This document shows positions 8,339 to 18,783 of a DNA stretch of 64,000 nucleotides, one piece after another (the first letter of the stretch is position 1; each line of letters starts with the position of its first letter). Position numbers and translations under genes: made by a program. The stretch is from an uncultured Nitrospiraceae bacterium (lineage in GTDB: Bacteria; Nitrospirota; Nitrospiria; Nitrospirales; Nitrospiraceae). The stretch is taken from NCBI GenBank assembly GCA_963730935.1, contig CAVSTP010000004.1:160001-224000 (forward strand), given 5' to 3'. The notes beneath the pieces were generated by a model, which had not been told where the DNA came from, did no database searches, and worked only from the letters and a program-made list of their open reading frames with translations.

Positions 8339-10828
8339 ATGGAAGCCGTTCGGCAGAGCGAACAACATCTGGAGATGATCAGCAACACCGTGCCGGCTCT
8401 GATTTCTTACGTCGATAGGGATCTCTGTTACCGCACGTGCAATGAGGCCTATCTCAAGTGGTTCGGTGTGTCGCGTGAGGACGTCATTGGAAAGCCGGTT
8501 CGAGAGATTTTGGGTGAAGAGGCCTGGTCGACCGTGCTCCCCTATGTCGAGGCGGGATTTGCCGGCGAGACGGTCGACTATGAAATAGACGTTAACTATC
8601 TGCGGGCTGGAAGGCGCTGGATACACGCCGTCTATACCCCCCATCGGAATGCTCTCGGAGAGGTGATCGGCCTCGTGGTCATGGTGACCGACATTACGGC
8701 GCGCAAGCGGGCCGAGGAGGCGCTTCGCGAAGGCGACGAGCGTTTCCGGGCCGTCGCCAACCAGGCCACCGTCGGTGTGACACGCACGGACCTGACCGGA
8801 CGCTTTACCTTCGCGAACCCCAGGTACTGCGAGATTGTGGGCTATACACAAGCGGAACTTCTCGAGATGCGCACGGAGGACATTACCCACGCGGAGGATC
8901 TGCCAGGCAATCGCGAACAGTTCCATCGACTCGTCGACGGGGGTGCGGATTTCGTCATCGAGGAACGCGATATCCGCAAAGACGGCCGCGTGATCTGGGT
9001 GAACAACAGCGTGAGCGGCGTGCGCGACGCCAATGGGCAGCTCAAGGGCGCATTGGCGGTCACGCTTGACATTACCCAGCGCCGTCGGCAGGAACTTGAG
9101 CTCGCGCATCGAAGCCGCCAGCAAGTGCTCATGTATGAATTGGCGGAGGTAGTGAACCATGCTGATGTGCTTGACGATCTCTATCAAAAGGCGCTGGACG
9201 TCATTACCGCTTCACTGAACGCCCACCGCGGTTCCATTCTCTTGCTCGATCCCGACGGTGTGATGCGGTTCAAGGCCTGGCGAGACCTCTCGGAGCCGTA
9301 CCGCCGCGCGGTAGAAGGGCACAGCCCTTGGACTCGGGAGGAGCGCATCCCTAGGCCGATTCACGTGAGCGATGTGACGGAAGCGGCTCTCGACGCCCCC
9401 CTGGCGGACGTGATCCGGCGGGAGGGGATTCGAGCGTTGAGCTACATCCCCCTGACCTCCGGCGGCCGGTTGATCGGAGAATTCATGGTCTATTTCGACC
9501 TGCCTTACGTCATGAGCGATGAAGACCGCAGCCTGGCGCAGGCCATTGCCGGGACGTTGGCTATCGGCATCGAGCGCAAAACGGCTGAGGCCCAACTTCG
9601 GCAGCAGCAGGGCCAGCTCCAGGCGTTTGCCGATCAATTGGAGCAGCTGGTGAACAAGCGGACGCAGGAATTGGTTCAATCCCGTGATCAGCTGCGTGCG
9701 TTGGCCAAGGAGCTCAATCTGGCCGAGCAGCGTGAACGGAAACGGGTGGCGGCGGAGCTCCACGACTATCTCGCACAATTGCTGGTCCTTGCCAAAATGA
9801 AGCTGGGACAAGGCAAGCGCCTCGCCGACCGGATTCCAGCCTGTGTCGAATTCATCAGGGAAAGCGAAGATGCCTTGGCGGAGGCCCTGACCTACACCAG
9901 GACATTGGTGGCTGATCTGAGCCCGCCCGTGCTTCATGATTTTGGCCTACCGACCGCGCTGGGCTGGCTGGGTCAACAGATGGAGCGTCACCAATTGAAG
10001 GTTGCAGTCCGCGTGGCGCAGGACGTTCATCCCAAGCTGCCGACCGATCGCGCATTGCTGGTCTTTCAATCGGTGCGAGAGCTGCTGATGAATATTGCCA
10101 AGCACAGCGGCACGGGAGAAGCGTTTCTTTCGCTCGCGCAATCCGGCGGCTATCTCCGCATCGAGGTCCGGGACGAGGGAAAGGGTTTTACCGTTGCGCC
10201 TGAATCGGGAGCCTCGACCAAGTTCGGCTTGTTCAGTATCCGCGAACGAATGAGAGCGCTGGGCGGCACCTTCGACATCGATTCGGCTCCCGGGAAGGGA
10301 ACGACAGCGGTGTTGACCTTGCCATTTGACGACGAAAGGGTGACGGAATGTGAGCTTGTCGAAGCAGAAGTGGAAGGTGAGGAGCCTGTCAACGCCTTAC
10401 GCCGGTTCGATCCTGCGTTGTTCCAGGGGCAGCATTCCTCGTCCTCTCAGCACGGCACAGAGCCCATCCGTGTGTTGTTGGTTGACGACCACGCCATGGT
10501 CCGTCAGGGACTCCGCAGCGTGCTGGACGATTATGCGGACATCGAAGTGGTCGGAGAAGCGGCCAACGGTGAGGAGGGGGTCGCCATGACCGACCGGCTT
10601 CGCCCCTCGCTGGTGCTGATGGACATCAACATGCCGAAGATGAGCGGAGTCGACGCGACCGCTCACATCAAAGCCCGCCATCCCGGGATCGTGGTCATCG
10701 GCCTATCGGTACAAGCGGGTCATGAACCACACTTGGCCATGTTGAAGGCTGGAGCGACAAGACTGCTGACGAAGGAAGCGGCGGTCGATCAACTCCATCA
10801 CGCGATTCTACAGGCCCTGAACAGGTAG
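8339..10828 (+). CDS. Hybrid kinase PAS-PAS-GAF-HisKA_3-HATPase-REC
   Basis: Two PAS/PAC (DITARK, DITQRR), GAF, AAELHDYLAQ, ELLMNIAKHS, terminal REC. Confidence 0.9.
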   Translation: MEAVRQSEQHLEMISNTVPALISYVDRDLCYRTCNEAYLKWFGVSREDVIGKPVREILGEEAWSTVLPYVEAGFAGETVDYEIDVNYLRAGRRWIHAVYTPHRNALGEVIGLVVMVTDITARKRAEEALREGDERFRAVANQATVGVTRTDLTGRFTFANPRYCEIVGYTQAELLEMRTEDITHAEDLPGNREQFHRLVDGGADFVIEERDIRKDGRVIWVNNSVSGVRDANGQLKGALAVTLDITQRRRQELELAHRSRQQVLMYELAEVVNHADVLDDLYQKALDVITASLNAHRGSILLLDPDGVMRFKAWRDLSEPYRRAVEGHSPWTREERIPRPIHVSDVTEAALDAPLADVIRREGIRALSYIPLTSGGRLIGEFMVYFDLPYVMSDEDRSLAQAIAGTLAIGIERKTAEAQLRQQQGQLQAFADQLEQLVNKRTQELVQSRDQLRALAKELNLAEQRERKRVAAELHDYLAQLLVLAKMKLGQGKRLADRIPACVEFIRESEDALAEALTYTRTLVADLSPPVLHDFGLPTALGWLGQQMERHQLKVAVRVAQDVHPKLPTDRALLVFQSVRELLMNIAKHSGTGEAFLSLAQSGGYLRIEVRDEGKGFTVAPESGASTKFGLFSIRERMRALGGTFDIDSAPGKGTTAVLTLPFDDERVTECELVEAEVEGEEPVNALRRFDPALFQGQHSSSSQHGTEPIRVLLVDDHAMVRQGLRSVLDDYADIEVVGEAANGEEGVAMTDRLRPSLVLMDINMPKMSGVDATAHIKARHPGIVVIGLSVQAGHEPHLAMLKAGATRLLTKEAAVDQLHHAILQALNR

Positions 10829-10870
10829 CCGAGATGCGACGCTGACGGTGAGACCGCGGTCGCGCTCCGT

Positions 10871-11344
10871 CTACGGGGTATGACCGTAGCCGGCGGCCCA
10901 CGCAATGTCGACGATCTGTCTGGTGGACTCAGCGGCTGGAATTACATCGTCGAACATCGTGCTGTACGAGTCCTGCATCAGGGATTGGAATTCAGGAAAT
11001 TGCGCAGACGGTACGCCAGCCAGGGTCGCCAGCGACACAAGATATTCGCCGTGGCCGCGTGAAATGTCCGAACGGAGATTGTCGTACGACGACGCGGTGA
11101 ACACTTGCAGACGTTTCTTTGCCCGCAAGGGATTCTGAGCGCCTCCCGCACCTGGTGTTGTGCTTGAGGTGAAGTCCGTCACCGCTCTGGTGATATCTGC
11201 AGCGGCAGCGGTTGTCCCATTGGTTATGTCTGTGGTCGCGACGAAGGGTGCCTCCAACAGTTGGGTCGTCGCATTCGTGACGCATCCGTCTGATGCCAAC
11301 AAGACGCCGATGCACAGAACAGCCCGCCAATCTATGGTTCTCAT
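10871..11344 (-). CDS. Exported/lipoprotein, DUF3015-like
   Basis: Signal peptide ending in DGC; NLRSDISRGHGEYLVSLATLAGV motif; GGAGGAG RBS. Confidence 0.65.
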   Translation of the reverse strand: MRTIDWRAVLCIGVLLASDGCVTNATTQLLEAPFVATTDITNGTTAAAADITRAVTDFTSSTTPGAGGAQNPLRAKKRLQVFTASSYDNLRSDISRGHGEYLVSLATLAGVPSAQFPEFQSLMQDSYSTMFDDVIPAAESTRQIVDIAWAAGYGHTP

Positions 11345-11601
11345 TTGCTCCTCCTCATGAACCTCTAAGTATTGACATACCTGGTTGAGCGTCCGGATAC
11401 GCCTGGGAAGACCCCCTAAGTTTGAATCTTGGTGCTGAACGCTAGCGATCAGAAATGATTTGCTCGATGGGACTAGGGTCCTTCCCAGGCTTGCCTCCTG
11501 CACGGGAATGATAAATCTGGAATTTGCAATGAGGAACGAGTCTGTGCTCTATCCTCACACATCTACGTTCCATATCCACACTCCATAATTAGTGAGTTCA
11601 G

Positions 11602-13509
11602 ATGACCATCACGACTTCTTCGATCAATGTTATTGGTGAGCACGCAACATCTTCCACGACCTGGCAGATGACGCTGGGCGCACAGGTGGAACCGGTCGGG
11701 GTCCGGTTTCGTGTCTGGGCCCCGAAACGGGCCCGCGTGGACGTCGTCCTTGAAGACGACGGACGCAGCTTCCCCCTGCTGAAAGACGAAGCAGGCTATT
11801 TCTCGGGCCTCGTGCCCATTGCCACGGCGGGCATGCGGTACCGCTACCGGCTGGATAACGGAGAGGCCTATCCGGATCCCTGTTCACGCTTTCAACCCGA
11901 GGGCCCCCACGGGCCTTCGCTGATCGTCGACCCCTCGGCGTACGAATGGCGCACCCAACAATGGCCCGGCGTGCGGATGCCGGGCCAGGTGATCTATGAG
12001 CTGCATGTCGGCACCTTTACGCCCGAAGGTACGCTCGATGCCTTGATTGGACAGCTGGATGAACTGAAAGAGTGTGGGGTGACGCTGATTGAATTGATGC
12101 CGATGGCCGAGTTTCCCGGTCGGTGGAATTGGGGGTATGACGGAGTCGCCTTGTTCGCGCCGGCGCATGTCTACGGGGACCCAAACGCGCTGAGGCGCTT
12201 TGTCGACGCCGCCCATGCGCGGGGGCTCGGCGTCATACTCGATGTGGTCTATAACCACTTCGGCCCCGACGGAAACTATTTGCCCGTCTACAGCGACCTG
12301 TATCTGACGGATCGACACCCGAACGAGTGGGGACAAGCCATTAACTATGACGGGCCGGGATCACAGGGCGTCAGAGATTTCGTGCTGCAGAACGCCTGCT
12401 ACTGGATCACGGAATTTCGTCTCGATGGGCTGCGCCTCGATGCCGTGCATGCCATCTACGATGACAGTCCCGTGCATGTGCTGGCGGAGCTGTCGCAGAG
12501 GACTCGGGCTTCGGCAGGCGAGCGGTCGATTGTCCTGATCGCAGAATGCGAATCGCAACTGATCAAGACCGTCCGGCCGATCGAAGAAGGCGGCTGGGCC
12601 CTAGACGGCATATGGAGCGACGACTTCCATCACATCTGCCGAGTCGCCGCGACGGGGAGAAGCGAGGCCTACTACGCTGATTACCGCGGGACCGCCCAGG
12701 AACTACTCTCGGTCATCAAGCGGGGATTCGTCTTTCAGGGCCAGAGGCACGACTGGCAAAAGAAACCGCGGGGCACGGTGGTCAAGCACGAACCGGCGTC
12801 CGCCTTCGTCTTCTACCTGCAGAACCACGATCAGGTGGCCAACCACCTGCACGGAGACCGCATTCATGACATGGTTTCTCCCGCCGGCTACCGGGCGCTG
12901 GTTGCGCTGATGCTGCTCGCACCGGAAACGCCCATGCTGTTCATGGGCCAAGAATTCGCGGCGTCCAGTCCCTTTCTCTTTTTTGCGGATCACCATTCCG
13001 ATCTCGCCGCGAAGGTCTACGAAGGACGGAAGAAGTTTCTCTCCGAGTTTCCTGAGTATGCGACACCCGAGGCGCAGGACGCAGTGCCGGATCCGGCTCA
13101 CGAGTCCACATTCGAGCAGTCGCGATTGGATCTGTCCGAACGGAGACGTCACGCTGCGATTTACCTGCTGCACAAAGACTTACTGCGCCTGCGTCGCGAA
13201 GACCGCGTCCTGGCCCGCCAAGACCGTGCAACGCTCGACGGTGCCGTGCTGAGTACTCACGCCCTGGCGCTCCGATATAGCGCTCCCATGGACGATGACC
13301 GGCTGTTGGTCGTGAATCTGGGGCCGGACCTGAATTTTATTCCTGGGCCGGAGCCGCTGCTGGCTCCGGTCGAAGCTGGGGCCTGGGTCCTCCAATGGTC
13401 GAGCGACCATCCCCGCTATGGTGGTCCCGGTATCATCAATCCGCTGACTGAAGATGGATGGCGCATCCTCGCCGCCAGCGCAACCCTGTTTCGAGCAGTG
13501 AAGCACTAG
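11602..13509 (+). CDS. treZ: Malto-oligosyltrehalose trehalohydrolase (GH13)
   Basis: FRVWAP, PDPCSRFQPEGPHGPS, YELHVGTF, WGYDGV, DVVYNHFGPDG, DGLRLDAVH, QNHDQ. Confidence 0.92.
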   Translation: MTITTSSINVIGEHATSSTTWQMTLGAQVEPVGVRFRVWAPKRARVDVVLEDDGRSFPLLKDEAGYFSGLVPIATAGMRYRYRLDNGEAYPDPCSRFQPEGPHGPSLIVDPSAYEWRTQQWPGVRMPGQVIYELHVGTFTPEGTLDALIGQLDELKECGVTLIELMPMAEFPGRWNWGYDGVALFAPAHVYGDPNALRRFVDAAHARGLGVILDVVYNHFGPDGNYLPVYSDLYLTDRHPNEWGQAINYDGPGSQGVRDFVLQNACYWITEFRLDGLRLDAVHAIYDDSPVHVLAELSQRTRASAGERSIVLIAECESQLIKTVRPIEEGGWALDGIWSDDFHHICRVAATGRSEAYYADYRGTAQELLSVIKRGFVFQGQRHDWQKKPRGTVVKHEPASAFVFYLQNHDQVANHLHGDRIHDMVSPAGYRALVALMLLAPETPMLFMGQEFAASSPFLFFADHHSDLAAKVYEGRKKFLSEFPEYATPEAQDAVPDPAHESTFEQSRLDLSERRRHAAIYLLHKDLLRLRREDRVLARQDRATLDGAVLSTHALALRYSAPMDDDRLLVVNLGPDLNFIPGPEPLLAPVEAGAWVLQWSSDHPRYGGPGIINPLTEDGWRILAASATLFRAVKH

Positions 13510-13524
13510 TCTGGAGAGATCGAA

Positions 13525-15543
13525 GTGATGGCGACTATGGCGACTCCCAGCATCATGCCGCCTATGACGGACGATCCCTTGTCTCTCTTGGCGAAGGAAT
13601 GGCTGGTCACCAATGGAACCGGGGGGTATGCCTCGAGCTCGCTGCTCGGCATTGCCACGCGCCGTTATCACGGCCTTTTTGTGCCGGACTTGCCCGGCCG
13701 GGGCCGCACGTTGATCATTCCGCGTCTGGACGAAACCGTCGAACGGGACGGGCAGACGGTGCTGCTAGCCGGCGCGGAATATGCCGGCGGACGGATCGAG
13801 TTCGATGGGGTCCGCTATCTGAAACATATACGGCTCGAATGGCAAACACCGGTGTGGACGTACGATATCGGCGGGTCGGTATTCGAAAAGCGGATCGTGG
13901 CTCCCCACGGGCAGAACACCACGTACATTCAATACCGCTGCCTGAACGGTTCGGTGCGGTTGCACCTGCGGCCGTTCGTCACCTACCGGATGCACGACGC
14001 GAGGCTGGGCGAAGGTCAGGCAGAGGTGTTTTCCCTGACGATCAGCAGCGGACGGTTCGAGATCCCTTTGCCACATGGCGCGCCGAGCCTCAAGCTGTGT
14101 GTGCGGCCGCTCAAAGGCGTCTTCGTCACAGAAGAAGTGACCAGCAAAGATGTGTCGTATCGAGTGGACCACGACCGCGGCTCCGAACACATCCAGGATT
14201 TGTTCAGTCCCGGCTATTTCACGATCGATCTCTCGGACGGTCAACACGTGGCCCTAGTCGCCAGCGTCGAGACGTGGGATATGCTCGACTTCGACTGCGA
14301 CGAGATTGTCCAGGCGGAGCAACGTCGTTTGGAAAGACTCATGTCGCTGGCTCCGGCGCACCAGAAGGATGATTTCGCCAGGCAGCTTCAATTGGCCGCC
14401 GATCAATTCATCGTGCAGCCGGGCGCCCGACCCGAGGACCAGGCACTGGCCCAGGCCTCGGGCGACGAAGCCAGGACCATCATCGCGGGGTATCACTGGT
14501 TCGGCGATTGGGGCCGGGACACGATGATCAGTCTCGAAGGATTGACGCTTTGTACCGGCCGGCCGCAGGAAACGAGAGCGATTCTGCGGACGTTCGCCCG
14601 CTACATTCAGGACGGGCTCCTTCCGAATCTGTTCCCGGAAGGATCTCGACAAGCGCTCTATCACACGGCAGACGCGACGCTCTGGTACTTCCATGCACTC
14701 GATCGCTATCTCACGGCGACCCAGGATTGGGACACGTTGATGCAGCTGTATCCCACCTTGAAAGAAGTGATACGCCATCACCGGCAGGGAACCAGGTTCA
14801 ATATTGGCGTCGATCCCAAGGATGGGCTGTTGCACGCGGGGGCGCCGGGATATCAACTTAGCTGGATGGATGCCAAGGTCGACGACTGGGTCGTCACGCC
14901 ACGCCGGGGAAAACCGGTAGAAATCCAGGGGCTCTGGTACAACGCCCTTCGTTTGATGGGTGAGTGGGCCGGCCAGCTGGGTGAACAGCCGGCTCCCTGG
15001 CTCGAGATGGCCGAGCAGGCCGAAGCCTCATTCCACGGGCGCTACTGGTATCCGAAGGGCGGCTATCTGTACGACGTCGTGGACGGCGAGGACGGGGACG
15101 ATCCGAGTCTTCGTCCCAATCAGATCTTCTCCCTGTCGTTACGCTTTCCAATCCTTCGTGCTGAGCGATGGCGGCCGGTCGTTGATGTCGTGAGCGAAAA
15201 GCTGCTGACGCCCTTTGGGCTGCGGACGCTCTCTCCCGATCATCCCGACTACAAGCGGACATACGCCGGTGATCTACGTGCCAGGGATGCCGCTTACCAT
15301 CAGGGTACGGTCTGGCCCTGGTTGATCGGTCACTACATCGATGCCCGACTCAAGGTGTATGGAGACAAGGTGGAGGCGCGGGGCCTACTGCGCGCGTTCG
15401 CCGACCATCTGCACGACGCCGGTATCGGGACGATCAGTGAAATTTTTGACGCGGAGCCGCCATTCCGCCCCCGTGGATGCATTGCCCAGGCCTGGAGCGT
15501 GGCGGAGGTGCTGAGAGCCTATCTTCTCACTCGTACGGAGTGA
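13525..15543 (+). CDS. Glycogen debranching enzyme-like amylo-alpha-1,6-glucosidase (GDE_N + GDE_C)
   Basis: EWLVTNGTGGYAS, IIAGYHWFGDWGRDTMISL, WMDAK, AYHQGTVWPW, QAWSVAE. Confidence 0.9.
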   Translation: MMATMATPSIMPPMTDDPLSLLAKEWLVTNGTGGYASSSLLGIATRRYHGLFVPDLPGRGRTLIIPRLDETVERDGQTVLLAGAEYAGGRIEFDGVRYLKHIRLEWQTPVWTYDIGGSVFEKRIVAPHGQNTTYIQYRCLNGSVRLHLRPFVTYRMHDARLGEGQAEVFSLTISSGRFEIPLPHGAPSLKLCVRPLKGVFVTEEVTSKDVSYRVDHDRGSEHIQDLFSPGYFTIDLSDGQHVALVASVETWDMLDFDCDEIVQAEQRRLERLMSLAPAHQKDDFARQLQLAADQFIVQPGARPEDQALAQASGDEARTIIAGYHWFGDWGRDTMISLEGLTLCTGRPQETRAILRTFARYIQDGLLPNLFPEGSRQALYHTADATLWYFHALDRYLTATQDWDTLMQLYPTLKEVIRHHRQGTRFNIGVDPKDGLLHAGAPGYQLSWMDAKVDDWVVTPRRGKPVEIQGLWYNALRLMGEWAGQLGEQPAPWLEMAEQAEASFHGRYWYPKGGYLYDVVDGEDGDDPSLRPNQIFSLSLRFPILRAERWRPVVDVVSEKLLTPFGLRTLSPDHPDYKRTYAGDLRARDAAYHQGTVWPWLIGHYIDARLKVYGDKVEARGLLRAFADHLHDAGIGTISEIFDAEPPFRPRGCIAQAWSVAEVLRAYLLTRTE

Positions 15544-15552
15544 AGACGGGGG

Positions 15553-16314
15553 ATGTGGTCGGATGCAAGACGCATGAAGGGGAGCGAGCAGCGCAGCGCG
15601 GTGCACATCGGAACGTCCGGCTGGCACTACAAGCACTGGCTGGGACCGTTTTATCCAGCGAACCTTCGGCCCAAAGAGATGTTGTCCTGGTATATGGAAC
15701 GGTTCGACACCGTGGAACTCAACAACAGCTTTTACCATCTGCCGGCTCGAGAGACCTTCGAAGGCTGGCGGCGGGCAACGCCCGCGTGCTTCTGCTTTGC
15801 CGTGAAAGGGAGCCGGTACATTACGCATCGCAAAAAATTGAATGATCCCGCTCCGGCTCTCGCTCGCTTCATGGAACCGGTCGAATCACTAGGCGACAAG
15901 CTCGGGCCGATCCTCTTTCAGCTGCCGCCGCGGTGGGCGTGCAATGTGCCGCGTTTGAACGCCTTCCTGGACGCGCTGCCGCCGAGTCACCGATATACGT
16001 TCGAATTTCGCGATCCGAGTTGGCATGATCCCGCCGTCTATCGGGTGTTGGGACGGCACAATGCCGCCTTCTGTTTGTACGAGCTCGACGGCTTCGAGGC
16101 GCCCTGCCAGCTCACGGCTGATTTCGTGTATGTCCGGCTCCACGGGCCAGGGCGCAAATATCAGGGGGATTATTCCCCACAACAGCTGCGAGCCTGGGCT
16201 CGCCGGATTGCGGGGTGGCGGCAAAGAGTCAAGGCCGTCTATGTGTATTTCGACAACGATCAGGCGGGATATGCCGCGAAGAATGCGGCCGAGCTTAAAT
16301 CACTGCTCAATTAA
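15553..16314 (+). CDS. DUF72 family protein
   Basis: IGTSGWHY, VELNNSFY, LFQLPP, EFRDPSW, YVRLHG, YFDND. Confidence 0.9.
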   Translation: MWSDARRMKGSEQRSAVHIGTSGWHYKHWLGPFYPANLRPKEMLSWYMERFDTVELNNSFYHLPARETFEGWRRATPACFCFAVKGSRYITHRKKLNDPAPALARFMEPVESLGDKLGPILFQLPPRWACNVPRLNAFLDALPPSHRYTFEFRDPSWHDPAVYRVLGRHNAAFCLYELDGFEAPCQLTADFVYVRLHGPGRKYQGDYSPQQLRAWARRIAGWRQRVKAVYVYFDNDQAGYAAKNAAELKSLLN

Positions 16315-16352
16315 TACGTTCCCGAATGCTGAGGCCTAAGGTCCACCGTTTA

Positions 16353-16373
16353 AGATTTGAAATCTGGAATTTG
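16353..16373 (+). repeat. Short heptamer array (RRATYTG x3)
   Basis: AGATTTG AAATCTG GAATTTG. Confidence 0.55.
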
Positions 16374-16424
16374 AAAAGCAGGTGTGAAGGGGAAGCTCCG
16401 TTCGCACCTGCCAGGAGGTGAGAT

Positions 16425-16892
16425 ATGGAAACGCGCGCCACAGTGGCCAAGCACCCCGTTCATCCGATGCTGATTCCGTTCCCGATCGCGCTCTGGATTT
16501 TTTCCCTGGCGAGTGACCTGATCTCCCTCTTTGGATTCGGCGGTCCGGTCTGGAAGGACATCGCCTTGTACACGATGGTGGGGGGGATCGTCGGCGGGCT
16601 GGCGGCGGCGGTTCCAGGGTACATCGATTACCGTTCGCTGAGCGATCCGGTGATTGTGCGCGTCGCGCAGATGCACATGATCATCAATGTCGGGCTCATT
16701 GTATTGTTCACGATCAATGCCAGCCTGCGCATCATGTATGGGACCGAGGCGCTGCTGCCCGTGTTCCTCTCTGTGCTGGGAGTCGCGGCGCTCGGCGTCT
16801 CTGGCTGGCTGGGAGGCAAACTGGTTTACGTGCAGGGGGTGGCTGTACAACCGGAGCGGGAATCCACAGGACCGAAACGGCGGGCCGCGTAA
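16425..16892 (+). CDS. DUF2231 membrane protein
   Basis: HPVHPMLIPFPI, GWLGGKLVY, 4 TM segments; AGGAGG RBS. Confidence 0.85.
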   Translation: METRATVAKHPVHPMLIPFPIALWIFSLASDLISLFGFGGPVWKDIALYTMVGGIVGGLAAAVPGYIDYRSLSDPVIVRVAQMHMIINVGLIVLFTINASLRIMYGTEALLPVFLSVLGVAALGVSGWLGGKLVYVQGVAVQPERESTGPKRRAA

Positions 16893-16941
16893 ACGCACGT
16901 GCTGACTGTGCAGGCTTCACTCAGGTTCTCTTGGAGCACTT

Positions 16942-18693
16942 ATGGCTGACACTGTTGCAGATTTATTGGTGGATCGGTTGATTGAGTGGGAAGTCGATAC
17001 GGTCTTCAGTCTTCCCGGTGACGGGATCAACGGCATTTTTGAATCCCTGCGCCGGCGGCAGGACCATATTAAGTTGATCCAGGTGCGGCACGAAGAGGCA
17101 GCCGCCTTCGCGGCCTGCGGCTATGCCAAGTTTACCCGGCGTCTCGGTGTCTGTCTGGCGACATCCGGACCCGGCGGGCTGCATCTGCTGAACGGCCTGT
17201 ATGACGCCAAGTGCGACGGCCAGCCCGTCCTCGCCATCACGGGCCATACCTTCCACGATCTCATCGGCACCCACTACCAGCAGGATGTCGACCTCGTGAA
17301 GGTCTTCAGCGACGTCGCCGCTTACAATGAGCGGGTCATGGGACCCGCGCATGTCTGCAACGTCGTGGATGAGGCGGTGAAGACCGCGATCGCCCGGCGG
17401 ACCGTGGCGCATATTACGATACCCAAAGACATTCAGGACTGGTCTGCCGACGGCCATCGGTCGAAGGCCAACATTCCGATGCACAGCGGGGATCTCTACA
17501 GCGAGGCGCTGCCGCTTCCGCCCACTGCGACGCTGCGTCATGCAGCCGACATGCTCAATGCCGGCTCCAAAGTTGCCATCCTGGCCGGACGGGGCTGTCT
17601 CACAGCCCGTAAGGAAATTCTTGCGATTGCGGAAACGCTCGCTGCGCCGATCGTCAAACCGCTGCTCGGCAAAGCAGTCGTGCCGGACGATCATCCCTAC
17701 ACCACCGGCGGCATCGGTCTGCTCGGCACGGCGCCGTCGCAGGAGGTGTTGGAAGAGTGTGATACGTTGCTCATTGCCGGCAGCAGCTTCCCATATCTCG
17801 AATTCTATCCCAAGCCCGGGCAGGCGAAAGCCGTCCAGATCGATCTGGATCCGTCCCGCATCGGACTGCGCTATCCGGCGGATGTCGGATTGGTCGGACA
17901 CTGCTGGGACGTGCTCAGGGCGCTCATGCCGTTGCTCAAACAGAAAACCGACCGGACCTTCCTCTCGAAGGCACAGGAGCGGATGCGTCACTGGAACGAA
18001 CTGATGGAGATCCGCGGGACGCGCAGCGATCTCCCGTTGAAGCCCCAAGTGGTCGCGCGGGCGCTGAATGAGTATCTGGACCGCGACGCGATCATCTGCA
18101 GCGACACGGGCACCGTCACGACGTGGGCCGCGCGCCATATTCAGATCCGCGGGGATATGGAGTTTTCCGTGTCGGGGACGTTGGCCACCATGGCCAATGG
18201 ATTGGCCTACAGTATCGGGGCTGCGGTGGCGTTTCCCGGGCGGCAGGTCGTCTGCTTCACGGGTGACGGCGGTCTCACGATGTTGATGGGTGAGCTGGCC
18301 ACGATCGCCAAGTACCGTTTGCCCGTGAAGGTGATCGTGATCAAGAACAACGTCTTGGGCATGATCAAGTGGGAGCAGTTGGCCTTCGAGGGCAATCCGC
18401 AATACGGGGTGCAATTACAGCCCATCGACTTTGTTGCGGTCGCGCGGGCCTGTGGAATAGCCGGCTTCAGCGTTGAGGATCCCGCCCTCGTCCGGGCCGT
18501 GTTGGGCGAAGCCTTCCATCATGCAGGACCGGCGCTTGTCGAGGCCTCAGTCGATCCCAACGAGCCGCCGCTCCCGGGCAAGATTACGACCGATCAGGCC
18601 TGGCAGTTCGCGAAAGCCCTGGCGAAAGGGCAAAAAGATAGATGGGACATCATCAAAACGGTCGTCGAGAACAAGATCAGAGAAGTGGTGTAA
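16942..18693 (+). CDS. TPP-dependent pyruvate oxidase/dehydrogenase (PoxB-like)
   Basis: PGDGIN, VRHEEAAAF, TSGPGG, GDGG...NN TPP motif, IKWEQ. Confidence 0.85.
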   Translation: MADTVADLLVDRLIEWEVDTVFSLPGDGINGIFESLRRRQDHIKLIQVRHEEAAAFAACGYAKFTRRLGVCLATSGPGGLHLLNGLYDAKCDGQPVLAITGHTFHDLIGTHYQQDVDLVKVFSDVAAYNERVMGPAHVCNVVDEAVKTAIARRTVAHITIPKDIQDWSADGHRSKANIPMHSGDLYSEALPLPPTATLRHAADMLNAGSKVAILAGRGCLTARKEILAIAETLAAPIVKPLLGKAVVPDDHPYTTGGIGLLGTAPSQEVLEECDTLLIAGSSFPYLEFYPKPGQAKAVQIDLDPSRIGLRYPADVGLVGHCWDVLRALMPLLKQKTDRTFLSKAQERMRHWNELMEIRGTRSDLPLKPQVVARALNEYLDRDAIICSDTGTVTTWAARHIQIRGDMEFSVSGTLATMANGLAYSIGAAVAFPGRQVVCFTGDGGLTMLMGELATIAKYRLPVKVIVIKNNVLGMIKWEQLAFEGNPQYGVQLQPIDFVAVARACGIAGFSVEDPALVRAVLGEAFHHAGPALVEASVDPNEPPLPGKITTDQAWQFAKALAKGQKDRWDIIKTVVENKIREVV

Positions 18694-18783
18694 GCCGTCG
18701 TCCGCACAGAGTTGAACCATTCCTATTCGCCGAAGGAGAAGAAGAGGCGATAGGAACACATTCTGCCGAAGGGAGTCCAGTCT

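Noticed and set aside
18752..18767. GG-N10-GC element AGGAACACATTCTGCC
   Set aside because: The predicted start would fall downstream of the gene's SD, it lacks TTGC, and there is no enhancer pair.
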